A stretch of 64,000 bases of DNA from assembly GCF_004010195.1 (NCBI RefSeq), contig NC_057746.1:17231327-17295326 (forward strand), written 5' to 3'. Under the pieces are notes generated by a model. That model searched no databases. It saw only the letters and a program-made list of their open reading frames with translations, and had not been told where the DNA came from. This DNA comes from Chiloscyllium plagiosum (Eukaryota). The position numbers and the translations under genes were made by a program. Positions 50,945 to 61,742 of the stretch are shown here, piece after piece (within the stretch, counting starts at the first letter, position 1; each line of letters begins with the position of its first letter).

Positions 50945-53200
50945 CATGAGTCATAGGAGTGGAAGTAAGGCCATTCGGCCCATCGAGTCCACTCCGCCAT
51001 TCAATCATGGCTGATGGGCATTTCAACTCCACTTACCCGCATTCTCCCCGTAGCCCTTAATTCCTTGTGACATCAAGAATTTATCAATTTCTGCCTTGAA
51101 GGCATTTAGCGTCCCAGGCTCCATTGTACTCCACAGCAATGAATTGCACAGGCCCACCATTCTCTGGCTGAAGAAATATCTCTGCATTTCTGTTCTGAAT
51201 TTACTCCCTCTACTTCTAATGCTGTGTCCATGGGTCCTAGTCTCCTCACCTAACGGAAACAATTTCCTCACGTCCACCCTTTCCAAGCCATGTATTATCT
51301 TGTAAGTTTCTATTAGATCTCCCCTTAATCTTCTAAACTCCAATGAATACAATCCCAGGATCCTTAGCCGTTCCTCATATGTTAGACCTACCATTCCAGG
51401 GATCATCCATGTGAATCTCTGCTGGACACTCTCCAGTGCCAGTATATCCTTCCTGAGGGGTGGCGACCAAAACTGGACGTAGTACTCCAAATGGGGCCTA
51501 ACCAGAGCTTTATAAAGTCTCAGTAGCACAACGGTGCTTTTATATTCCAACCCTCTTGANNNNNNNNNNNNNNNNNNNNNNNNNNNNNNNNNNNNNNNNN
51601 NNNNNNNNNNNNNNNNNNNNNNNNNNNNNNNNNNNNNNNNNNNNNNNNNNNNNNNNNNNNNNNNNNNNNNNNNNNNNNNNNNNNNNNNNNNNNNNNNNNN
51701 NNNNNNNNNNNNNNNNNNNNNNNNNNNNNNNNNNNNNNNNNNNNNNNNNNNNNNNNNNNNNNNNNNNNNNNNNNNNNNNNNNNNNNNNNNNNNNNNNNNN
51801 NNNNNNNNNNNNNNNNNNNNNNNNNNNNNNNNNNNNNNNNNNNNNNNNNNNNNNNNNNNNNNNNNNNNNNNNNNNNNNNNNNNNNNNNNNNNNNNNNNNN
51901 NNNNNNNNNNNNNNNNNNNNNNNNNNNNNNNNNNNNNNNNNNNNNNNNNNNNNNNNNNNNNNNNNNNNNNNNNNNNNNNNNNNNNNNNNNNNNNNNNNNN
52001 NNNNNNNNNNNNNNNNNNNNNNNNNNNNNNNNNNNNNNNNNNNNNNNNNNNNNNNNNNNCTTCTTGTCTTTTCGACAAGTTGAAAACCCTTGCATGTTTA
52101 AATGCCAGTCCTGACCCCCCTGTAACCACGTTTCTGTGATGCCTACCATATCATAATCATTCACGATGATCAGTGCCATTAATTCATCTGCTTTGTTACG
52201 AATGTTACGAGCATTCAGGTAAATTGCCTTAATGCTAACTTTCTTATCATTAGGGATATTGGAAGTCATAAGATGTTATAAGTTATCCTTCCTTTTTGCT
52301 GCATTCCCAGTCTGTCTCAAGTTTAAATCTGCCTGCACATATGCTATCCTGCCGCTTTTCTTTCCATTTAACTCCATACTCCCTGTCGCTTTCACTTTCC
52401 CTTCCCCCAACTCTGAAGTTTAAAGTCCTACTGACCACCCTATTTATCCTCTTTGCTAGAACATTGGTAGCTGATCGGTTCAGGTGGAGACCATCCCAAC
52501 GGTACAGATCCCCTGGTTCCAAAACTGATGCCAATGCCCCATGAAGTGGAATCCCTCTTTCCCACACCAATCCCTTAGCCACGTGTTTACTTCCCTAATT
52601 TTCTTATCCCTATGCCAATTGGCACGTGGCTCGGGCAGTAATCCCGAGATTATGACCCTTGAGGATCTGTACTTCAAATTCCTTCCTAGTGCTCTATAAT
52701 CCCCAAACAGGTTCTCCACCCTAGCTTTGCCTATGTTGTTAGTCCCAACGTGGACCACGACAACTGGAACCTCCCCCTCCATCTCCAATATCCCTTCAAG
52801 CCGGTCGGAGATGTCCCGCACCCTGGCAACACAACATGCGAGACTCCCGATCCGGCTTGCAAAGGATACTATCTGTCCCCCTAATTATAGAATCCCCTAT
52901 AACAACTACTTGTCTTTTTTATCCCCCCTCTTGAATGGCCTTCTGCACCATGGTGCCGTGGTCAGCTGGCTCATCCTGTTCAGAGCTCCTTTCCTCATCC
53001 GTACAGGGAGCAAGAGTCTCATACCTGTTGGACAAGGTCAAGGGCTGAGGCTCCTGCACTCCTGAACTCAGGTTCCCCCTACCTGCCTCACTTACAGTCA
53101 CATTCTGATGTCTCTGATCCCTAACAGAATGTGAATTACTTAATCTCCCAGGTGTGACTGCCTCCTAAAACAAAGCGTCCAGGTAACTCTCCCCCTCCCG
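50945..53200 (-). mobile_element. Near full-span CR1: ORF1 (SGNH esterase-like), endonuclease N-terminus, gap, RT C-terminus and 3' tail
   Basis: LSNRYETL; VVVVHVGTNNIG...IISGLLP; DGLHLN; YLNARNIRNK...VGITETWL; LYKALVRPHLEYYVQFWSP...FFSQRMVGLCN. Confidence 0.92.
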
Positions 53201-53867
53201 CAATTGCTATAGCTATAGATCCTCGTGTTTTTGTCTAAATTCATAAATTAACTTTCCTTAAAATCCTGTTCTCTGGTTTTGTTTCTACGCACTGTGCTTC
53301 GAGGCTCAATGTGCCTGGTTTTTATAACAAAATGCGCTTAATTTTGACGTTAGATTTCTATGTTTGAACTGGTATCATATGATCTGTTCGTGTGTCTAAC
53401 GGAGTGGAATGACTAACTTTTCATTAGTTTTGTAGCCACGACAAAGAATCACCAGAATCGAAACATGAACTCTGCTTTTTTTTCTCTCTCAAACAAGCTG
53501 TTGTGCTTCTCCCACAATTTCTGCTTAACATTCAGTTTAACTCCATAGCGATAGAGAAGGAAAGTATCTGTGCAAAGTGGTTCTGACACGCTGAGGGAGT
53601 AAAACATAAGAGGGCATAGGATTAAGGTGATAGGAGGAAGATATATAAGCGACCTAAGGGGCAATGTTTACATGCAAAGGGTTGACTGAATATGGAATGA
53701 AATGCCAGAAGAAGTGCTGGAAGTGGGCACAATTGCAAGATTTCAACGGCACCGGGATGGGTAAATAAATAGGTTTTTTTTTCGTGGCATATCGGCTAAA
53801 ACTGTCCAGTGGGACTATATTAATTTATCATAATTGGGGGCATGGACGAGTTGGACCAACAAGAATA

Positions 53868-54925
53868 TATTATGGACCAGGAAAGACCCTCTGAACATAT
53901 TTCAAGAAAGTAACTCAGACCCTAAACTTGTTAGTTATTTTAAGTAGGTGTATATTCCAGGATTGATGCAGCTGGTCAAACCACTTAGCTTTGAACATAA
54001 AACAATTTAATTGCGCTGTTACTGAATGAAACGAAAGGAGAATAGAATATAGAATATACCCGCCGAAAACCCAACAGATTATCTTAAATAAGAAATGCTT
54101 TTCCAAATACTGGCACCAATCCACATAAACATGTCTTGGTTAAAAAAAAAGGTAACTCAAACACAGGTTCATACACAAGAAACAGATAACAGAGAGATTC
54201 AACATGGAACACCTTTTTCCATATAACTGCTTCATTGAACAGCAGCCTTAAAACTGACTGATCACTTGCTCTGACAGCCAGACTGCTAAGACCAAACCAA
54301 GTTGATCTGGGAGAAAAAGCAAGGACAACATAAACGTGTTAAATGACCAGCAGCATCGCACCTCCCCCCACAAATGGAAAATAAATAATAATCACTTCAC
54401 TTTAAAAACCTTCATCTTTCAGTATTAGTACACTACAATACCCAAACACATTGCAGAATGCAACCATGCAAGCATGCATTAATGCATTCTGTTCCAGTTC
54501 AGTTACTCTTGCCACCGCACAACTTTGTTTCTCATCCAAGTCTCAACAATGCGATGGCAATCTCGTTTTGTGGTTCTGTCACATGCATAATTTTCAAATT
54601 GATTCGCTGTAGCAACAACTCTATCAAAACAGTTTGAAATTTTCATCCTTAAACTTTTCCACGAACTTCAATGAGTTATGATCGGTTTATATGATTGTCT
54701 CAGAAACAATACTTGTAACATGAACATTGAAGTGTAGCAATGCCAATGCTAAAGTTAGAATCTCCTTCTCATCTGCCAAATATTTCTGCTGCTGAATGCT
54801 CAATTTCCTAGAGAAATATCCATAGGTGTTTCTAGCTTCTCGATACCTTCGTAGAGGTGCACAGCACCGACACCCATATCATACACATCGATAGTCACCT
54901 TGAGTGACTTTGCGTAATTAGATCT
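53868..54925 (-). mobile_element. LTR-like segment plus Gypsy RNase H remnant
   Basis: 53868-54050 resembles the reverse complement of the LTR end at about 43080-43220. 54570-54925 on the minus strand gives YFSRKL..QQKY...EKEIL.LALAL.HF...IYTDHNSL. Confidence 0.7.
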
Positions 54926-55205
54926 GAATATAATTAAAAGAAGCTCAACATTAATAGTATTAGCAGATTAGTGCCTTTTATTTTAAATTGATGCCCTAAA
55001 TAGTTTCATTTACCAAGGTTAAGAGTAGAGAATATCTGCTTCCTCCTCCATAATGAAGGCATATAATCTGTTTCAAAACATCCGTTGTTCAGAGTTTTGG
55101 TGGAATGGGGTTATAAGAACATAGGAACAAGAGGAGGCCATTCAGTCCCCCGTGCCTTTTCTGCCATTCAATGAGATCTTGGCTGATCTGTGGCCTAACA
55201 ACTGG

Positions 55206-55558
55206 GCATTTAGCTATGCCCAGTTGTCATCCATTTTATTCGCAAGTTAGGAATGACATTTGGCAGTGAAGTTATGTTAGTATTAATGGAATTTACTTGT
55301 TCCACTCACTCGCATTGTTTCAATGAGTTCTCAGTAACATGCGCATAGCTGCTTCTCAGATGGAGTGCATTTTTGGCAGTTTTCAGGCTTTGCGGGGCCA
55401 ATAACCAGCACAGATTGCTACTCCGACCGATCTTGCCACATCACTAAATTAACTACTGTTTGTCCTGGCATCTTGTCATTCTAGCTGTTGTCCTGCCATA
55501 TGAAAAGCTGTTCTTTATTCAAGAATGGTAACCGTTTGCATGAACAATACCTTAGCAC
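55206..55558 (-). repeat. Left arm of a 353-bp near-perfect inverted repeat (right arm 56480-56833)
   Basis: Sequence 'gcatttagctatgcccagttgtcatcc...gaacaataccttagcac' is the reverse complement of 56480 'gtgctaaggcattgttc...ggcatagctaaatgc', with only scattered mismatches. Confidence 0.95.
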
Positions 55559-55559
55559 A

Positions 55560-57800
55560 TATTCCAGCCTTTGGCCTTTCTCTAGCAAAATTTGAACGAA
55601 TTGCCATCTCCTTAAATAATGGACCAGCATGACCAGTAAAGAAACGAGACATGAGGTAGACCATGACAGTCAATAATCGACATTAAGCAAATATTCACCA
55701 TATACTGGCACCTGCTCAGCCAGAAATTGTAATAGCTGTCATTAGAGACTGATGAATAACATATCTTTATTGACCTGGCTCATAAATTTTTATCTGATGT
55801 CCTGCATGAAAATTTGTAGCGTCAGTGCGCCTTCATGTGACATGGTAAACAATGTACATCTTGTGGATTGCTGCACGGTTATCTGCATAGCCCAACTTGT
55901 TTCCCTTCTTTAGTAAACTGGAATCTGGATAAATTTGCTCTCGCTTCCAAAAATACAAATGACCCATTAATTTAATGACATACTGTGCCGTAGCCCTTAT
56001 GAACAAAGACTAGAAGAAGGATTAACTTTGTTGACTTAACAATTACGTGATTGCAGCTGCGAAGTTATTACCAAGGAAATCCAGACGTCAAACCAGATTG
56101 TTCTCTTCATAGGAATACAATGAACTAAGGGAGAACATGTTGCTCTTGATGAAATGAAAAACAAAATCAGCGAGACACAAGACCTGACCAAGAAATAAAT
56201 GGCCGAATATTTGTGAGGCTGCCTGGTTGTTGCAAAGGCTCATAACTCATTTGAGCATCCTGCTGCAATTCACTTATGCTGTTACTTGCTCGAGAAAAAA
56301 GAACGATAGATGACTAATATCCCTTTAAATATAGGAAAATCTGGGAAGCAACATATCACTGTATACTACGTTGTTGCTTATATCTAGAACACATTTGAAG
56401 TAGCTATGCGTAATATTACAGTTGATAGTTTTACAAATATAATCTCTGCTCAGCTAATGATAAAAGAAGAATTCAAGCAGTGCTAAGGCATTGTTCGTGC
56501 AAACGGTTACCATTCTTCAATAAAGAACAGCTTTTCATATGGCAAGACAACAGCTAGAATGACAAGATGCCAGGACAAACAGTAGTTAATTTAGTGATGT
56601 GGCAAGATCGGTCGGAGTAGCAATCTGTACTGGTTATTGGCCCCGCAGAGCCTGAAAACTGCCAAAAAATGCACTCCATCTGAGAAGCAGCTATGTGCAT
56701 GTTACTGAGAACTCATTGAAACAATGCGAGTGAGTGGAACAAGTAAATTCCATTAATACTAACATAACTTCATTGCCAAATGGCATTCCTAACTTGCGAA
56801 TAAAATGGATGACAACTGGGCATAGCTAAATGCAACCAAAACAAGGTGTGTTCAATTAACTGATGGCTCTGCTTGTACCATAACCATAAACATCACTGGA
56901 AAGCTATATCATTTCACTTGAATAAATAGACATCAGGGATGTGTAGTTGGTTTCAGTCAATTGGCTGCGCTTACAGATATAGTTCTTGCCCTTCACAACA
57001 ATGGAGTATGTCTTCACTGACCCCTGGGCTGTTTACAATGATGAAACGGTAGTGCAACAATTGGAGTTTACAATGGTAGCCTTTATTGAAGCAGCAATTA
57101 TGGGAGATAATCTGTGAAGAAGCATATTATTGAATGTTGCTTATATCTAGAAGACATTGGAAATAGCTATGCATAATATTACAGTTGATAGCTTTACAAA
57201 GAGAATCTCTGCTCAGCTAATGACAAAAGAAGAATTCAAGCCATCAACCCTGGACATTTAAGTACCTGAGGCAGCAGACAGCAGAATGAGGCATCCCACT
57301 GCAACTTGCATCACTCGTGAACTAGTGGAGCAATGCAATACTTGCAAAAAGATGAAGAAATTCCCTTTAAAAACGAATCGATTATTATCCATTTGGAGAT
57401 GCAGAGAAACAGCCCAGCTGCTGCAATTGGAATATATCAGACTGTTCCCTTTGTAACAATGTTTTTGATACAGTTTGATTATGATGAATGCAACCTGGGT
57501 GTCGAAATCATATACAGCTGTGTGGAAACAAACGAAGACAGTGCAATATATGTATAAACGTTATGGTGTAGGAGCCATTAGAAATATAAACTAAATATGG
57601 ATCACATTCTGCAGGGCAAGCAACGAACACGTGCTTGAGATAGAATGGATATTTCTCATTGCATATTGTTCTGAGGTAGCAGTGTTAGTGGAACGTATGA
57701 ATGGATCTATGAAGCAACATATGAAACTATTGACACCTATGCACATGCATAAATGGCAGTTGCATGTCTTACCCCAAATTTAATACGAACTGTGCAATCA
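55560..57800 (+). mobile_element. Class III (ERV-L/ERV-S-like) endogenous retrovirus pol remnant
   Basis: RT: *PVKKRD..MTVNNR, IDLAH, GKQCT..GLLHGYLHSPT, TH*FNDIL. Connection domain: GYW...TPSEKQLCACY*ELIET. RNase H: TDGSA, HWKA, YVFTDPWAVYN. Integrase: EWIFLIAYCSEVAVLVERMNGSMKQ. Confidence 0.8.
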
Positions 57801-58994
57801 ACCGCAGCCTGGCAGTACCTGCATGAATAAATTTATACTTAATATCTGTGAATAATTATATAATGACGCCGAGTGGGTGATAGAGCTATGTCTCTGTAAT
57901 TGTGGCAGGGTATGATTCCGTCTCCAAACCAGTCATAATTCTCAGCAGTTGTAAGTAGGATGATTGGGTACTCCCACAGGGCAAAATATCCCATTGCTTC
58001 TAGATGCAGATGAAAATGTAACTCTCAATATAAGCGGTTATGGATATAAATGATTATGTTATCGTGTATCAGGTATTAAACCAGCAACATAATTGTTTTT
58101 CTGCACAAAATTGACAATATGGTGACGGCTCCGCTGCCTGTGCTTCCTCTTGCTCTGTGTGATACGGGATCTACTGCTACTTGTGTACTACTGCTCCAGA
58201 AGAGGATTTGGCGGATGGATTCACAATGCAATAAAACGAATTCAAGATAGTTGTAACTGTCCGCCACATGTTGCATGCAACGTATATATGCAACGACAAT
58301 ATATGATCTAGTAACTTACACTAGTTACTGTCTCAAGAGGACACCCAAGTCACCCCACATTGCAGAATACTTTTACACCTCTTGATTCACTCTACATTAA
58401 ATGACAGAAATATTGATAACTGGAATATGACTATTTTGAAGCAGCTTTCAGAACGAACACCAGTCCATAGCTAACAGCTACTATCTCAAACGTTTACAGC
58501 GATTACACATTGTGGGTCCCGTGGAACTGTTGGCTTTGTATCATAAAGCAATGTAGAACATGCAGTTGCCCTATGTTTAACGATTGTCTGATGCACGTAT
58601 TCAGGGCTTAAAACAAATATTGTGCTAAAAATAACAGTACGAATAACTAATTGAATAAATTACCCTTCTGTTGGTGATATGAGCATTTCTAAATTAAACC
58701 GAAAGAAGTATCCCATTCCTAGAACTATTCAGACATGGCAAATTTCTTCTGCTTCAAATTGCGAGTAGCTTTGTATTTAGAGTGGAATCGCAGTAACTAG
58801 ATGGGAAACAGTCGACCCGGTCTATTCAGAGGTTCATAAATCAGAGGTTGCTGCCTTGAATTCAATGCAGTTCAAATCTGCTTTTGAATGACAATGACAT
58901 ATACAATTTTTCAAACTTATCTTTGTTTTTGCTGTCAAGTTGTATCGATACAAACGCCGCCTTGAAACATTTTTGAAAATATATGATATCTGAA

Positions 58995-60463
58995 CGAGGG
59001 TAGGTCCGATCAAGGACAGTAGTGGGAGATTGTTTATTGAGTCGGAAGAGATATGTGAGGTCTTGAATGAGTACTTTTCTTCAGTATTTACAAACGAGAG
59101 GGACCGTATTGTTGAAGAGGAGAGTGTGAAATGGACTGGTAAGCTAGAGAGATACTTGTTAGGAAGGAAGATGTGTTGGACACTTTGAATAACTTGAGGA
59201 TAGACAAGTCCCCAGGGCCTGACGGGATATATCCTAGGAATATGTGGGAAGCAAGAGAGGAAATTGGAGAACCGTTGGCAATGATCTTTTCGTCTTCACT
59301 GTCAACAGGGTTGGTACCAGGGGACTGGAGAGTGGCGAATGTTGTGCCCCGTTCAAAAAAGGGAATTGGGATAACCCCAGGAATTACAGGCTAGTTAGTC
59401 TTACTTCGGTGGTAGGCAAAGTAATGGAAAGGGATAGGATTTATGAGTATCTGGAAAGACACTGCTTGATTAGGGACAGCCAGCGCAGATTTGTGAAGGG
59501 TAGGTCTTACCTTACAAGTGTGATTGAATTCTTTGAGGAGATGACCAAGCATGTGGATGAGGGTAGAGCAGTGGATGTAGTACGCATGGATTTTATTAGG
59601 GCATTTAATAAGGTTCCCCATGGTAGGCTTATGCGGAAAGTCAGGAGGCATGGGATAGTGGGAAATATGGCCAGTTGGATAGAAAACTGGCTAACCGGTG
59701 GAAGTCAGAGAGTGGTGGTAGATGGTAAATATTCAGCCTGGAGCCCAGTTACAAGTGGAGTTCCGCAGGGATCAGTNNNNNNNNNNNNNNNNNNNNNNNN
59801 NNNNNNNNNNNNNNNNNNNNNNNNNNNNNNNNNNNNNNNNNNNNNNNNNNNNNNNNNNNNNNNNNNNNNNNNNNNNNNNNNNNNNNNNNNNNNNNNNNNN
59901 NNNNNNNNNNNNNNNNNNNNNNNNNNNNNNNNNNNNNNNNNNNNNNNNNNNNNNNNNNNNNNNNNNNNNNNNNNNNNNNNNNNNNNNNNNNNNNNNNNNN
60001 NNNNNNNNNNNNNNNNNNNNNNNNNNNNNNNNNNNNNNNNNNNNNNNNNNNNNNNNNNNNNNNNNNNNNNNNNNNNNNNNNNNNNNNNNNNNNNNNNNNN
60101 NNNNNNNNNNNNNNNNNNNNNNNNNNNNNNNNNNNNNNNNNNNNNNNNNNNNNNNNNNNNNNNNNNNNNNNNNNNNNNNNNNNNNNNNNNNNNNNNNNNN
60201 NNNNNNNNNNNNNNNNNNNNNNNNNNNNNNNNNNNNNNNNNNNNNNNNNNNNNNNNNNNNNNNNNNNNNNNNNNNNNNNNNNNNNNNNNNNNNNNNNNNN
60301 NNNNNNNNNNNNNNNNNNNNNNNNNNNNNNNNNNNNNNNNNNNNNNNNNNNNNNNNNNNNNNNNNNNNNNNNNNNNNNNNNNNNNNNNNNNNNNNNNNNN
60401 NNNNNNNNGCACAACATCGTGGGCCGAAGGGCCTGTTCTGTGCTGTATTGTTCTATGTTCTAT
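58995..60463 (+). mobile_element. Young CR1 LINE, same subfamily as 29560-31858 (spans a gap)
   Basis: Almost base-for-base collinear with 29820-30612 and has the same 3' tail. Confidence 0.95.
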
Positions 60464-61001
60464 GAAAGAATGAAATGTGGGAGACAGCAACAGTTTATTG
60501 TTTTGATAATATTGCAAAAATAAAACATTATAAATTGGATATGAAATGTAAGATATTCCAAGCTACGGGTAGAAGGAGAATGTTCACTACAGGATACATT
60601 GTGAAAATATCTTGCTGAATAGGTTTTGGCAAGCTGCAGCAACATTAAACATCAAAATAAATGGCGAGTCATTGAGGTAATTAGCATTTTCTGGAAATAA
60701 CGAGAAAAAGTGCGATTAGGTCTTAGTTTTTCAAAAGGAATTAAGCGCTGACTTGGACTGGTTGGAGTTAAACACCCCCATCTATTTTGTAACAGTAATT
60801 TTCTATGGTACAAGGCTCTTTAGAGTTAAGAAATCGAATAGTATGTTTACACAACAGGAACAAATGTCACTTATTGCATAACCTCTTCAGCTCACATGGG
60901 AGATCTTAGACACGATACAAATGGTTGGATCATTTAGCTTCATTTAGTTCTGTATTGGATATATTATATTCAACACCATCATTAGCGCATTACTTGAAAA
61001 C

Positions 61002-61071
61002 ATGAATCCAACAACACTCGCACTGATTTCAGGTGTCTATTACCCTCTTCTCGCTGTGTTCGGTGTCTCTG
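61002..61071 (+). CDS. Coding exon 1 of a third GPR139-like paralog (MNPTTLALISGVYYPLLAVFGVS + G); exon 2 presumably beyond the window
   Basis: Same 70-nt length, YYP.LA..GV motif and phase-1 donor (G|GTAATT at 61072) as the exon 1 at 14829-14760; start context 'aaacATG'. Confidence 0.8.
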
Positions 61072-61549
61072 GTAATTCATTGCAATCCATTTGACAACTG
61101 CTTAAAAACTATGGCATTTTGTTTTTGATTGTTTTCGTTGTTCTAAAGAATTTGTTTACTGCAGAATGGTGACTGTCTTTGCTTACTATCCAGACTTTAT
61201 TTTTTTAATTATCTATTTCTCACCTGTCATAATGAGTGGGTGATGTATCTTTTCAAATCTCAACATGCGATGTGCTGTTGAAGACAAATTACAGGATTAC
61301 GAATTTTCAAGGGTTCCAAAATAGGTTTTCAATGCGTGATTCAGGAAAACTGAGAGCATTTGTATTGGTATGCCTCTTGAGGTAGTAGAGGTCTAGACGT
61401 TGCTAAAACATAGAAATGTCTTTTACTTCATGCAATTCCTCCTTTGCATAGTATTAATTGCATGCAACATTAATGAAAGGCATACCTAAGTGGTCAGTGA
61501 TATATTAAAACATTGGTTATGCTGATGCACACCAAAAATCAGGCAGGAT

Positions 61550-61742
61550 AAGAAGAAAGTAAGGACTGCAGGTGCTGGAGATCAGAATCGAAGAGTGTGG
61601 TGCTGGAAAAGCAAAGCCAGTGAGGCAGCATCTGAGGAGCAGGAGAGTCAACATTTCGGGAGTCTTATTGCCGTAACACCGACTCTTCTGCTCGTTGGTT
61701 GCTGCGTGACCAGCTGTGCAGCTCCAGAACCACACGCTTCGA
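61550..61742. mobile_element. Palindromic Penelope-derived repeat with the centre deleted
   Basis: Same terminal motif as 23550 and 45144, followed by its inverted copy. Confidence 0.7.
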
